Positions 1-63,181 of a DNA stretch of 64,000 nt are shown one piece after another. The number at the start of each line of letters is the position of its first letter. Position 1 is the stretch's first letter. The stretch comes from Hormiphora californensis (taxonomy: Eukaryota > Animalia > Ctenophora). A program made the position numbers and the translations under genes. The notes under the pieces are model-generated. The model searched no databases. It had not been told where the DNA came from and saw nothing but the letters and a program-made list of their open reading frames with translations. Location of the stretch: assembly GCA_020137815.1 (NCBI GenBank), contig CM035354.1, positions 806,001 through 870,000 of the forward strand, read 5' to 3'.

Positions 1-132
1 TTAACAAGTTACAGAGTACGGCACCGCGTTACTATAACTGTCAATGTCATTTTATTGGAGAGAATTATTATCAAACATTATTATGTAATGGTAAGGGCTG
101 ATTTTAGTTTAGAGTCCCCGCAGAGTCTAATA

Positions 133-962
133 CAGTCGGACCCCGATTTAACGGCCCCCGATTTAGCGGCACCCCGATTTAACGGCAGGATAAATTTCCC
201 CCAACAATTTTTTGAAATTTTTTTTTTGAAATTTTTTTTGAAAAACCATGTCCGAATCGTGTTTCGAATCGGTGCATCTTATTGAATGTCTTGCCGGTAA
301 TTAGACGGTTCGAAACGAACAGATTAAATGTGATCCCCATGAGGCCCATCGAATCGCAATTTTGACGCTTGTTAAACTGGCCTCATGGGGATCACGTATC
401 GGTTCGTTTCGAACCGTCTAATTAGCGACAGGATGTGCGATAAGATGCACTGATTCGAAACACGATTCGGACGTGGTTAATATACCTTTGAAAAATTTTC
501 ATTACTTTTTTTGCAAAATTTTACAGAATGATTGTCAATGCTTTGATCGGTGCTCCCCAAGAATTTTCAGAGAAAAATATATTTTGAAATTCAAATTCTT
601 CCTCGCCCCGCTTAAAGTGCCCCGATTCGGCATGGTATCACGTATCGGTTCGTCTAATTAGCAGCAAGACATGCGATAAGATGCACTGATTCGATAAACG
701 ATTCGGACGTGGTTTTGAAAAATTTTCATAACTTTTTTTGAAATTATTTTGAAATTACTTTCTTTTTCTAATCAGAAATGATCATGTAATCAATACATGG
801 ACATTGCATTTAATTTTAACACTTAGAGGTGTTTTAGCATAGCATTTTGGACAAGAATAGGGTTTTATGGGCCAAATATGCTCTACCCCGATTTAACGGA
901 CACCCCGATTTAACGGACAAAACCCTTTCCCCCGAGGGTGCCGTTAAATCGGGGTCCGACTG
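133..962. mobile_element. Tc1/pogo-like MITE, family CAGTCGGACCCCGATTTA
   Basis: TIRs CAGTCGGACCCCGATTTAACGGC...GCCGTTAAATCGGGGTCCGACTG flanked by TA, with an internal inverted repeat at ~250-470. Confidence 0.8.
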
Positions 963-1247
963 TATATCTTTATATTGAGCAAGATCTTCAAGATAATGGC
1001 CAGAAAAGATTTATTATTCTTTCTACAATTAATCTCATTTCCACCCAGTCGCACATTGATTGATGGATAAATGAATATATTAGTTATTGGTTGTTTAGGT
1101 CTAGTGATAGCTGATAGAGTTTATTATTATATTTTACAGAATGTTCGTAATATGCCAAGCTCAATCTGGCCTTGCGGGTTAAATAATATAAGTATTATAA
1201 TTAACTACAGTCAAAACTCAATTTACCAGGCGGTATTTCACCTCGAT

Positions 1248-1316
1248 CTGTATGGCGGCGCCATACCCCCATTTGATTCGACAGTGCGCTCAGATGGGGT
1301 CGGCGGCGCCAAACAG
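1248..1316. repeat. Dispersed ~65-bp hairpin repeat CTGTATGGCGGCGCC...GGCGGCGCCAGACAG
   Basis: Copies at ~1248, ~2186, ~2541, ~3492 and ~21270 (reverse). Confidence 0.7.
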
Positions 1317-2730
1317 ACCTCGATATATACCGAGCAACTCATCCCCTGTGAAGCCAATACTCTGATCGCGGTTCTCTCGAATCTGGGTCAGGTCAAAAGC
1401 TCTAACAGCTCTTCCCCCGACGACTGTGGTCAGAGCATTCGCCTGACACGAGGGAGGAGTCTGCTGTCTGGTCCAGACTGGTAAATTGAGCTTTGACTGT
1501 GTACTTACAATTGCGACTCAGTCGACAGTCATGTACATATCATTATTATTATTATTCATAAGTTATTCTAGTACAGTAAAATACACTATTATGATTAGGG
1601 TTCCTAAGAACATATTTCCCCGATAATGATAATGATATTAAGTCGGACCCCGATTTACCGGGATGGTCGTCCGTGCAGTCATGACCATTCCTATATGACC
1701 GCGGTCATATAGGAAATGGATTTGCCCGCTGAATCGGTGCCCCTCTAAATCGGGATACGACCATACAGATATATAAATTATCCCATTTGAGTGGTATTTG
1801 AGTTCTCTCACACCATATACAGAGCAGGAGCAAGATATACCCAATTAGGGACTAATGAGGGACTGCAGCTTATGCGTTACAAGGCCTTGTGGGTTGTTGA
1901 ATTAGTAACCACTAAACAACTTGTTAAATTAAATAGCTGTTAAATGGTTAACAGCTATTTAACTTCAAACTTGCCTCCTCAAGGCGTTATAACACTCAAG
2001 CTGCAAATAATATTATATCGTTTCAATGAAACGATATAATATTATTTGCAGCTTGAGTGAGAAACTTTCATGGCGGCCATTTAAATGGCCGCCATGAAAG
2101 TTTCTCACTCAGGTTTCTCACTCAAGTTTCTCACTCAAGTTTCTCACTCAAGCTGCATTTGAAAATAGTTTTCCCATGTTTTTTCTGTATGAGTATGGCG
2201 GCGCCAGACGCTGTACGGCCAGATCGGGTTGGTGCCGCCAGACAGAGATTTAGTGAATTTTTCTGAGGCAGCTGGTATATGATAACTTACAACAATCCAT
2301 CTGAGAGCACTGTCGACGGCCAGACAGTAGAACAAGTATAATTATATTCCTCGATCACGATCTGTATTGTATCATTCAATTACATTATTATTAGAGCCAT
2401 GTTTTATATTTTATATAGTGTTATTATAATTATATAGTACTACGGTGAGCGAGAATAACGTTGTGTATAATTATTACAATTATTATACCTAATGAGCTGT
2501 TTAGTAAATACCCAAAACCCGTTTTTTACTTTGTTTCTGCCCTGATTGGCAGCGCCATGGACCCCGTTTGGGGTCACACTCGGATCGGGTAGGCGGCGCC
2601 AGACAGTTTCTTACTGGATATGAGGTACACGGGTACATGTTATAAGTTGATCCATTCCTATCAGGCAAATGCTCTGATCAGTGATCACAGATCCATTTCT
2701 TGGACACGTCCCGGCAGTAGACTGTATTCA

Positions 2731-2879
2731 TGTCAATGTCTCGCCAGTCGCCAATGTCTCGCCATACATGTCAAGGGTAGAGTACTACTTTACCCTTGAC
2801 ATGCATGGCGAGACATTGGCGACTGGCAGTGGCGAGACATTGGCAAGCGACGTGCCCAAGGCGAGACAGGCCTTGACAA
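2731..2879. repeat. Long palindromic hairpin element
   Basis: CCAGTCGCCAATGTCTCGCCAT.CATGTCAAGGGTA...TACCCTTGACATGCATGGCGAGACATTGGCGACTGG. Confidence 0.6.
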
Positions 2880-3914
2880 TGACAAGTTGACATACAAGTG
2901 CTGCCATTAGTAGTCTATAGGTCCTATGAAGTGTGGGACTGTGAAGGGACAGAGAGAGGAGAGATAGAGAAATAGATCCGAGACTCAGAGAGAGAAAGAG
3001 AGAGATGGAGGGAGAAGGCTTGCCATGCCTCATATGCACATTGCAATGCACAGTCTGTCCATTCGTCGAGTTAAGCGTAAGCTCACAGTGTGAGTCACAC
3101 CGGGCCGGTATGAGACTCTCATTGAGAGCCGACAGACTAGGAACATGTTAACGTCAGAGTGATACCTTAGCGATTCTGGTGCTTACTATGTAAATCATAA
3201 TATGACCGTAAACTCTGACGCAGTGAGATATCTGCGTCTGAGTTTACATAATGACCCTCTTTAAAGATAACGTACCCCAGCTGGTTGAGGGGTGACCCAA
3301 CCCTTATTGAACAACATGCAACACGGACAATAGCCATCTGTTCGCTTTACTTCGTAACTGTAAGGACGTAAAATGAGATTTCGATACTATCGACGATAGC
3401 TCGTCCACATGTATGTGTCCCTGTCAGTTTCACCAAAATAAAATGTTTCTGATCACTTTATATCTTTGTCTTGTCAGTGCTGTATAGGGGGCTGTATGGC
3501 GGCGCCATACCCCAGTGCGCTCAGATGGGGTCGGCGGCGCCAGACAGGAGCGAGAGAGGTTTGGGAGTTATGTTGACATACAACTAAAACATGTATGTTT
3601 CACGTCCTTCTAACGTACAGCATGAGCAATGAGCATGATGCAAGTAATAATTGGAGGCCTTACACGGTCGCTTGTAGTGGGAAAACGGTAATGGAAAACG
3701 AAGATACAGTAAGACGACGCGCAACCGTGACCAATCAGGGCGCTAGTACGTGCTGACACATGAACTTTTTGCCGCGCGTTATGCACCGTGCGCGTCTCCT
3801 TACTGTATTTTGCGTTACCGTATTTTGACTGCAAGCAGCACTGCATTACACACTACACCTAATAGATCTATTGGCTCGATGTTAGGGCTGTTTAGATGTA
3901 GGGAACTACTATAA

Positions 3915-4403
3915 CAGTCGGACCCCGATTTACCTGAACCCCAATTTTAATTTACCGGGAGGATAAACTTCCTCCGATATAGGAAATCATGAACAGTATC
4001 TGGCCCCGGTATTGGGGGGGGTGACACGTAACACTTTGTAACACTTTGTAACATGTAACGTGCACAAAATATTTTCTGCACATGTTACAAAGTGTTACAA
4101 GCGTTACAAAGTGTTACAAAGTGTTACAAAGTGTTACAAAATGTTGCAAAATGTTGCAAAATGTTGCAAAAAATGCCCATTTTGTAACATTTTGTAACAC
4201 TTTGTAACATTTTGTAACACTTTGTAACACTTTGTAACACTTTGTAACACTTTGTAACATGTAACGTGCACAAAAAGTTTTCTGCACATGTTACAAAGTG
4301 TTACAAAGTGTTACGTGTCACCCCCCCCCGGTATTATACCAGGCACATCGATCGATTTGCCGAGCAAAACCCTTTTCCCCTGGGCATAACCGATGTCCGA
4401 CTG
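3915..4403. mobile_element. CAGTCGGACCCCGATTTA-family MITE interrupted by a poly-G-ended element
   Basis: Left end cagtcggaccccgattta, right end gtccgactg(ta). Further copies: 1641-1765 (degenerate), 7672-7843 (partial) and 43289-43371. Confidence 0.7.
4014..4327. mobile_element. Poly-G-terminated palindromic element with internal 10-bp tandem repeats
   Basis: G-run-TGACACGTAACACTTTG ... CAAAGTGTTACGTGTCA-C-run, flanked by the direct repeat CCGGTATT, with (GTTACAAAGT)n inside. Confidence 0.7.
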
Positions 4404-4882
4404 TACCGAGTTAGAAAACTTAACGACAAAATGATTTTCAATTTGTTAATTTGAAAATTGTTTTACAGATCAACTGCCCGCTGAATGTACTTGAATCTAG
4501 CGATCTGACTAGAACAATCAGTGATATATATCTGAACACACTAGAACAATCAGTGATATTGTCAATCACTCACACACACTTGCTAATACACTTCAGCCCA
4601 GTGTAATGATCAGTGTGTACATACTAATTACACACAGATCAGTCAGGCATCGACTGGCCCTACTCGCGAAGAGAGTGGTCTGTCATTGCGCTGGCAGCCA
4701 TATCTAGATCACGGCCCCTGCTCGATTAATCAAAACATAACCCACGTAAAAGATCATTTAACAGTTTATTTTGTCCCGATATTTTCCTTAATTTCATCTG
4801 TCTCTAAAAATTCCCAGCCCAGGCCTGATCGTCTGAAACCTTCCAATAACTTTGCGGGGGGCTGCTCCTTGTTACACGTAGT

Positions 4883-19989
<15,107 letters not shown>

Positions 19990-20389
19990 CTACCGTAACT
20001 TCACTTTATCCCTCATTGTCATCAGCTCGACACCAGATCTCTGCAGCTCTGCCCTTGTGGATATATGTACCTAGCTAATTACTAAGAGAGGTTGAAGTTA
20101 GTTTGTTAAGGTTAGATGTTGACTTATAGCTGCTTAGTTAACAGCAAAAACGCTCAGCAAAATTATGGGGCAAACGCGAAAATGGTTGCTGTGTTGTAAA
20201 CTTTCAATCAAAATATACAAAATTGCAATCTGCAGAACTCAATGAGCCCCCCGCCCCCCCCATGTGTTGAGAAAAGCTTGCAACTTATTATTTGCGTATC
20301 AAAACTTTGTTTTGGCTCTCAATTCTTTGTTTCTCAATCCAATTCTTCTCGAAAATTTCCTGGTAATGTAAGGTTTTGTTGCCGTCACA

Positions 20390-20696
20390 CAGGGGCGGTG
20401 CACGGCTTTCAGCCGCTCTGGTCAAAATGTGGCCGAAACATTTTTAACTCGTGCGTTCCGTCGAAATACCCAATGCGGATGGTCCGCATTGGCTATTTTG
20501 ACGTAGCGCGCCGATCAAAAAAATACTGCGACGGCAAAAAACCTGTGTGGCGCGCGGATTTCACTAAAAATTTCATTTGAAACATCAAATTTTGAGAAAA
20601 ATTGACCCTTTTCCTTGAATTTTTTCCTTTTCTCTCCGTGATCCAAAGTAAAAATGCGGACGCGTCCGCATCGTCCGCATGGCAGAGCCGCCCCTG
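20390..20696. mobile_element. hAT-type MITE
   Basis: TIR CAGGGGCGG...CCGCCCCTG with perfect 8-bp TSD CCGTCACA. Confidence 0.8.
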
Positions 20697-21850
20697 CCGT
20701 CACATGAGGCATGAGCAAAGGATTAGAGGGCGCTGTCACGCACAAAGACGCCGACGGCAGACAGTTTCAACTTTCAAAAAAGTCGGCTTCGCAGGATTCA
20801 GACAGATATTGCATAGATTGAATTACCCCTATTAGCTAAATTGGCACATGGTACGTCATAGCGTTTGCCAAATCAACCGGGTGGCGCCTGGCGGGAATGT
20901 AAATTTTTATTTAAATTTTTTGAAAAAGCGATTTTTCATCAAAAAAATGTCGCGAAAAATCTCATCAAAAATAAAAATTAACTTTCTGGTTGCGCGCATA
21001 AATCATAATTGCGCGCAACCGTTTGGCGTGTCTTTCTAAATAATTTCGCGCGTTCCAGACCACAACAATCGAGCTTCCAATTTCCAACAGTGTTGAACTG
21101 TTGGACCTTAGTGGTTCAACTCAGCTCAATCATCAATGCTAAATCAAAGTCAAGAATTTATGGCAATATGAATAGCTATGATATTTAGCAGCACAAATAA
21201 ACTTAAAACTACAAATTTACTTTTTACTGAACAACTGGATCTTGTTTTGCTTTAATTTCCAGTGAAATACTGTCTGGCGCCGCCGACCCCATCTCAGCGC
21301 TGAGAATCAAATTGGGGTATGGGCGCCGCCATACAGGTGAAATATGTCACTCACTAAACGATACAAATCCAAGCCTTTCAAAAAAATGTTCAAATAAAAA
21401 CAGAGCGAACCCAGAACACCTACCAAAGTATTTTAAAACAGTCGTTTATTAATAACCAAGCCGAAGCTTGAAAAAATGAGAGTCCCAACTTCCAGTGCTA
21501 GTGTAAAAATATCCCAAAAATCACACGACATTCACTTACGTCCCAGCATAACAGAAAATAACAAAATGAAATCAACATAAAAACACATGCAATCTGGTGA
21601 GAGAAACTATTTCGACAGCCTCCTGGCACCAAACTAAGGTTTGGATAACTGGGTACACTGTCAAATTCTACTGCTAATCGTCAAAATAATACGGTACCCT
21701 ATAAAAAATGTTTGTACTACGCTAGAAAATCAAGCTACGAGCGAGCATTATGAAAATTGTTGGGGGATTGTAGAAAACAATAACTTATTGTGCAAAAACT
21801 GTTTCTGTAAATAATGAAAATGAGTCTATGACGTCACAGCCGTGATGACG

Positions 21851-55394
<33,544 letters not shown>

Positions 55395-56245
55395 TCTGGG
55401 AAGTAATATAGTTATTTAGTTATACTTAACAGGACTTAAATACCAGAAAGTAGGCGGATTAACAAAAATGGGTTGGTGATTTTGAATTTGCGTAAAAAGT
55501 TTCAAAAACTTTTGACTCTTTTTGTGCTCTGAATTTTACGCCGCGCACAAAAAAACTTAAATCCTCATTCACAATGCGCGGCGGTAAACGGCGTTGTACT
55601 TCAGTATTGTACGCGCAACCTGTCACAGAACATTTTGAATGATTATTTAAACAAAATAATTTAATATTTTAAATAAAACACGTTTCTTTGGCAGCGGAGA
55701 AACTGAATTAGTTAATTTATTTGTCAATATCACAATACCACAAATAATAAATATGCAAGAATAATGGAAGTAAAGTGAGCTTTGAGTTTAATGATTTCAA
55801 AACTAACATTGACACTGACGCTGTTAGTGTTACGGTTAAAATGGCCTGAAGCCCTGAAATTACTCGAGCTAATCAAACTGGGATGGTATTGGTATGACAG
55901 TGGGAAATTGCCAATTCTTGGGCACGAAAGAAGAAGTTGAAATAATGCTATGATTATGAACTCGGTGTAACACTCATAAATAGTTAAATGAATACAATAA
56001 ATAACGCTTCTCTTGTCATCATCATTATACATCTCGAATAAATAAATAAATTTGATATTTAGTTTCACAGTGATGATAATTGGTAAAATATAAAACAACA
56101 ATTTACACAACAATTGGTGTGTACAAACACACAGACACCTAAACACTTTCACGCCACTCTTCCAAATTCGAATTTGTTATAAATTTAACAACTTATAATA
56201 GCCCCACTACTTCCCCCAAACATCCTGGCCTAGATCTGAGCTATC

Positions 56246-59200
56246 TCACGTCTCGATTTGTTCGCTGACCACACTCTGGTGAACCTTCTCTCGTTCCAAA
56301 TAATCCGCGTTCTCGTCCGTTAGCTGTGTGGTTTGGTAGGCCATCTCGGGAGTTTCCGTTGCTATGATAAACTTCTCATCAAGGGGCACGTTGCCAAGAA
56401 AACTACGGAGCATGTGGTAGGCCCAACGAGAGAAAACAAAGTTTGAAGCACCTGTGAAGGGGGAGGGAGTCCGGAGTTGTATTGGAAGATCGGCACAATT
56501 AAAACATTTGCTTTCTGATTTCTAGAATTGTTCTTACTGTCTTCACAATTCCCACGGGACATTTTAATTCGTTGAAAGTGGGACGAACGGTTCAATTTGA
56601 ATACGATTGCGAATTTACTTATCGAGTAAGGGGTGAGAGAGGAATTTACCTGGTTTTGTTCCGGGACTGGTGTGACGGGTGTAGAAGTAAATCAGGAAGG
56701 CAAGACCAAATGCAACAAATGCAAATATCCAACTTATCAGAAACATCATGAGAACCGATAGGAGAAACTGAAAAGGGATAGTAACAGGTCAGTCCATCCC
56801 AACTATATGATTGGTGGTAAATATTTTCAAAAATAAAAACCCGACAATCAGATCATCTCACCCCAAGGAATGCTAGCCATTTGCTCTGGAGAGACTGATG
56901 CCAATAGATCTGGTCAGCTGGGTAACTGGTCGAAGAGGTCCGTCTGATTCCACCCTCTCCACCCACTCCCATGCCAGTAGATACATCTAAAAGTGTAGAA
57001 TCTGAGAGAGAGGAGAACAGCGGTGTACAGCAAGTCAGCAATAATTTGTTGAGTATGCATGGTATGTATGGTATGGGGGAAGGGGAAGAGTACTCAACAA
57101 GCAATAATGATATAGCGCAGTTTTGAGTTTCTATGATTAGTTGTTGAGTAACTCAACAAAGGATTAGGGTAAAACTTCCGAGAAAGGGTTTTTACAAACT
57201 CACAGTAATCACACCAAACTTGTCTCACACATGACACACACATAGCTAGACTTACATTCCGTTCCATTCTGTCCGTGGGTATCTCCTAGAATTGGCGTGT
57301 TTTCACTCTTGTATTGGTCCAATATTGACTCTGGTTTCATCGTGTGCTCCTCCCTGGGGAAATTGATGGTTTCAGTGATCAACTGAATCACTTGACACAC
57401 GTGCTTTAGACGAAAGAAACAACTAAATATGTGTAATTAGTAATAGAATTCGTATAGTCCCAAAAACAAGTAAACGACCCCCAAAAGGGGTATACGACCC
57501 GGCCCCCAAAAGGGGTATACGACCCCCATAACTTACGACATAGCCAGGGAGAAGTAAGCGTAATTGATGGCAGCGTATGTCAGAAGGAACGGCATGGCCG
57601 TTATGGGTGCCAGAATATTGAGATGACCCACCAGAACAAAACAACAAGAGAGAAGGCTAACGGTGACTGTAGCTATCACTGGCTCGTTGTTTGCCCCACG
57701 CTGTTGAAGAAAGATTGAGTTTTGAAATGGTTCTGTACTTTCACAAACCATGTGGCATTTGAATATTTTATTTCACCAAAAACGTTGTCTAGCTGGACCC
57801 TCTCTAACTTGTAAAGGAGGGTTCGAACAAGAATTGAGACCATATCTCACCCCTTTTCCAAAGATGCTGATGATGGGAATGATGTTGTCTAGGGCAATTG
57901 ATTGAAACACTCGTGGTGCCCCATACAGAGAGCCAAGGATGGAGGAGAGAGAGGCAATGTAGAGTCCACACAGGAAAAACCATGTTACCCAGGAAATCTG
58001 AAAGATTCGGATTAAAATTCACATCATATATCAAGCAAGTTATACCTATCAACATGGGGAAATGGTTGTTTCAGTCACTTGGGTAAAGGGACATGTCTTG
58101 TTGTGTTTGGAAATGGCGTCGGGTGGCCGCCAAACTGTCCAAAAAGTTGGGCAATTTCACCAATTATGTGCCTGCGCGCCTCCCTTCAAATGATCCCAGC
58201 GGTAGCAACAAAACTTTTACATTCAGAAACCCAACCGCGCGTTACGTCAAGTAAAGTACTCTCCTTAGGATGCCTTTTGTGGTCGTTTGATGTCTGACCT
58301 GTCCAGTTCAGTCTACAATTATCCTCACAGCATATCTAACCAAGAAGAAGAAGAAGAAGTAGAAACTTGCATCACATTACCACACAGTAAAGTCGGAATT
58401 ATAAAAGTGTCACCCCAAACTCGCATAAACTGATTGGTGGGTGGCCTTACTACGGCGGAGTGGTGGACGTGCTGGAGTGGTGGACGTACTGGGGCGCCTA
58501 AAAAGCGTGTTCGGTGCGGTCTGTACTACTTCGGGGAAGGTCATCCTCCAGACGCAGCAATTAAATCACAAACACACAAACAAAAATAGGCAGGAAATTA
58601 AGCAGTTTCTAGGATTACTTTGTGCATCATCACTGGGAATCCTGATAGACAGACCATCCAAAACCTCATCCACTAAAACCGCCCCTTTTAAAAGTTTTGA
58701 ACCATTAATTGGGGATGGTGGGGGGGGGGGGGCAATCATTAAAATATGCTTGTTTGGAATGTGGCGGGTTGAAGTTGTTCTGAAGCGGGGAGAGTACTAT
58801 TGTATTGTCTGGTACATGATGTATTGTACCACCCTTTTGTTATCGCTACAGCATCTCTCTCTCTCTCTCCCTTTCTCGTTTCCAGTGTATACTTCATGGA
58901 ACAAACATAATATAACACTCAGAACTTTCAAACAGAAGGCTCTATATTTAGTGTGCTCGTTAGAGATCTCCCAGCCGTTTTTAGTGTAATGAGGAAACGA
59001 GAAAATCAACAGAGAACTGAAATAATACAACAGGATTCAGAAATGAGAGAAGATGGAACACAACCAACAGCAGTCACATAGCTATGTCTGATATGTTTGG
59101 TTATGTTTGGTTTGGTTTCAGGTTTGGTTTGGTTTGGTTTGGTTTGGTTTGGTTTGGTTTGGTTTGGTTTGGTTTGGTTTGGTTTGGTAAATGATTTGGT

Positions 59201-60365
59201 CTGGTTTCAGGTTTGGTTTGGTTTGGTTAGTTTGGTTTGGTTTGGTTTGGTTGGGTTTGGTTTGGTTTGGTTTGGTTTGGTTTGGTTTGGTTTGGTTTGG
59301 TTTGGTTTGGTTTGGTTTGGTTTGGTTTGGTTTGGTTTGGTTTGGTTTGGGTTTGGTTATGTTACCTCAGGTGCGATCATGTAGTTGGAGAGTAGAAGTT
59401 CCTTTTCCACAGTACACGCTAGAAATATTGCAAACACGTAGTACAGGCACCCACTGAGAGAGAGATTTAGAGAGTGAGTGGAATGATTGGAATGCCTGAG
59501 AAGCCATTCATTTACTATCCTAACCTAGAAGAAATGACGCTCTGTCGCTACATAGATATTATCCTTCTTGGATTTTGAAAAACTATAACATGTGCTGGTA
59601 CCTGATAGCTAGAGCAGCAAGAGATCCAGTTGAGATATTATCTACTGGGTTCTTCAAATCATTCATCATATTAACTCCACCCATAAGTCCAGTGGCAGTG
59701 GGAAAGAATACACCTAGCACGGTAAAGAAGGACTGACCCTCTGCGTACCCAGATTTAATGTTGTTGTGGAAGGTGGTGCTGTTGAATCCCGTCATACCAG
59801 CTGAAATGGATGGTGTTAGGATCGGAGGGGCAGATAAAAATGGGACATAGTAGGAGATTACACCACCAAGGGGGGGGGTAAGTTAAAAGTTGCCACTGCA
59901 GTATCTAGGTCATCTGGAAATTGGGTCAGCTACACACACAGTATAACAGAAACCCACTCCTATAATAATACAACTACACTGTGACGTCACAAGTAATCAC
60001 CATGCAAATCCTTTGTGTTAGTCTGCATTGCTACATGACAGTGGAGAGACTCACAATACAGATTCCTAATCAACTCATACCACGTGTAGTAGGCCATTGT
60101 AACATGGAATGAATTGATATAATATCAAAGTTTGTTTATCTCTGTCTGTGAACCGAGGATAGCGGGGAGGAGAGTTAGCACAATATGCTCTGCCGAACCC
60201 TCACAGAGCGCTTTTATGAAATAAAATGCAGCTACACATAGCCAGTGGGCCATTTCAATCAAGTCACTAGACTAATAATGCATCCTCTACATGGTGCATG
60301 TTCACTCTCTTTGAGAGGTGAGGAGGACCCTCTGATGCAATAAGCTGTGAGAGGAGGCAGCTGCA

Positions 60366-60458
<93 letters not shown>

Positions 60459-62573
60459 GAGTGAGAGAGAGAGATAGAGAGGGGAGAGAGAGAGAGCATA
60501 CACTGTACCATATATTGCCCCTGGGCAGATCTGCAATTACACAGCGCAATCTTCCCAGCGAGCTCACATAGTAGCTGCAGTACGAACAAACAAACTAAGA
60601 TTCTCTAGCAGCCCCATTTTGAGGAGCTGAAAACAAGAATCAAGATGTTGCAATACATATGCATTGGATATGACAATTGGGTGGGTTAATGAGCTACATA
60701 ATATTGACTATTGAGCCGTGTTATTTCCCTCGCTCCTTTACTGGGGGGGGGGGCACAACATTCCAAAAACATTACCTGAATCGTGTGCTATGGAGCAACC
60801 AATAATGAAATCCAGGACTGCAAGAAGGAGTATGGCCAATAGTGCCAACTGCAACCTGAAATTATTGTACCAGTAAGAGTCGGACATGCCGGAATTAGTC
60901 ACGTCATGATCACCGTTTAGTAATCCTACATTTTAGTTCATTGAAGATGGGGGTTATTGAACCCTTTTATCCTTACCTTATGAGGTATTTAACTCCAAAA
61001 AGGGCAACTACAGTCAGTAGTATGACCGTTGTAATACCGATCCCTCTCAGGAGCCAGTGGTTGGCTGGGTTAGGATCAAACTTGAGCACGATCGCTTCCG
61101 CGAAACCAGTCACATACAGCGCAATGCAGATCGTCTGTGATATTGGACGGTGAGTAGCATGGCAGTGTATGGAAATTGAAATATTAATAGCACCGCAGCA
61201 GTTATGTAGACATTCTAACTGCACGGGATAAGTGCTACTCTCTTACCTGTCCAAGTGTGTACATGATACCGATGGTAGCTCCAGCCTTCCCTCCAAATAC
61301 ATGGGTAACAATCCCATAAATACCACCTAAAGGAGAGAGAATCATTAGTTCCTTATTTAATTCTTCATTTAGTTAGAGTATGGAATCCAATATCTTGGTT
61401 TAGACTACAAGGGGGATGGTTGAAAAGTAGTAATCAAACCTTTTGTCTCAGTCCCACAGCGTGCTAAGAGACCGTTACTGGCTAATACGGTACACAGACC
61501 CACAAAGAGGGTGAACACGATTATCAGACATGTCAATCCTAATCCTGCGTTGCCCTGAAATATTGGGTATATTAAAAACTTTTAATTTGTATCTTGTCCT
61601 ACAGTCTACAATTCGCACAAAATCTCTTTTGGAAAAATTTCGTAATCTGAATTCTCAGAGCGTACGTTTATTGTACACTCGGTGGAAAGATCTTAGAAAA
61701 GGAGAGAGAGAGGGAGAGAGAGATAGAGAGAAATGGGAGAGAGAGGGAGAGAAATGTAGATCGATTATGGACGATTAGCATCCGCTCTGTACACTCTGAG
61801 AGTCTCTCGCATAACAGACAGTACTCTTCAGTTATCATACACTGTGTGTGTAACTACTAACATCCAATTCATCATCAGGTCAATGTCGGGGATGATTAGT
61901 TAAGAGTTCGTAGTTATGAGAGAGATCACACATACACCCCTGTCGGACTCACAAACACAGGTACCAGAAGCTTTCTTCTGCTCTCTTTCTCTGCATTTAA
62001 TGACCCGCCATTTTTGGCGTAATCGAGCACCATGACTCTCTCTCCCTGTGGTTTCACTCTCCTTCTATATCTACCTTTCTCTCCCCTCCCTCTCTCACAC
62101 ACCGCTTCCCTTCCCAATTTAGAGCCATATATGCAACAGCATGCTGTACGCTAAACTGGGCCTGGATAAAACTGGTGTTTAAATAAATTTGTCAAAATCA
62201 ATCCAAGGATGAGTCACAAAGCGAATTTTTTGTTGTCAAATGGAACTTCGGAGGAATTCAAACTTACCACGACCCAGCCCGCACGGAGAAAAACAACAAG
62301 GCCAAAAATGTTGAGCATACAGGAGGTAAAGACGCCATCCCAGGTGCCGAAGAGGATTGGTTTCCTGATGAAGAAATTTGCTTTCCACCATTCCACCAAA
62401 TAACTTTCCTGAAATACCCAAAAGGTTCAAAGTTAGGATCATTATGAGCAGCACTAATAGAAAATTAGGTACACTAACTACACGTATAAGCTTACGTCAA
62501 TTTCATCCCATAGTTCTGTTTTCCTAGGCGAGGATCTACCCCGTGACTCCTCGTCCAGAAAGGGCTGGGCCAT
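56246..62573 (-). CDS. SLC12A8: Solute carrier family 12 member 8 (CCC9), 14 exons
   Basis: Exons: 62573-62496, 62408-62268, 61554-61440, 61326-61247, 61134-60977, 60855-60776, 59800-59602, 59453-59366, 57997-57851, 57700-57537, 57353-57256, 57001-56862, 56767-56650, 56451-56246. Motifs [63 protein letters not shown] and the short C-terminus ASNF..RW...[10 protein letters not shown] match SLC12A8. Confidence 0.93.
59096..59358. repeat. (GGTTT)n microsatellite
   Basis: Visible directly; it starts a few nt after the SLC12A8 donor at 59365. Confidence 0.95.
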
Positions 62574-63181
62574 TATTTAGGCAACTACCTCCATCATTCC
62601 CGGCCCTACAGTGGAGGTTTAGTCAGCAGTGAGTTCTTGATCAACTAACGGATGTCGAAAATTTGAGCAACAAGGTGGAATTGTTTATTGTCACTGACAG
62701 AGCCTTAGGAGTTAGCCGTTAGGGCTAAGGACAGAGCTAAAAACTCAGAACTCAGCTCTGATACAGTATGGTGACTGGATAAAAACTAAATGTTAACAAT
62801 TTAGGGATTGTATGATTGACAGGGACGAGCAGTTATATCAAGTGGGGCAATAGACTCATTTTATATTTAATTTATTACAGATTTGATTATTATATGTGTC
62901 TACACGTATTTATATTCAGGCCGATGTTGGCCGCCACCCCCTTCTTGAGACAAATGAGCAGAGAGAGGGAGTATGAGAGTATGACGGTGTGTGGGTAATT
63001 TATTATAATTTATTCTATCCTTTTTCTTTTCTTGTATGGAAATACAATTAGGGATGAGATGGAAATACGTTCTTGGTGGTGTGTAAGCGGTAAGCCGTGA
63101 CGTCGCCGTAAACAGAGTGCGAAAGCCAAAATTGAACAACAAAACTTGGCATACGTTGCAGGCCCCTTATAATATAATATA

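Noticed and set aside
1071-1484. 137-aa ORF
   Set aside because: It runs through a dispersed hairpin repeat and shows no recognisable homology.
58441-58989. 182-aa + strand ORF in an SLC12A8 intron
   Set aside because: GTG start, no domain-like composition, and it includes low-complexity runs.
59096-59358. (GGTTT)n as a telomeric repeat
   Set aside because: It is not TTAGGG and lies inside an intron; an ordinary microsatellite.
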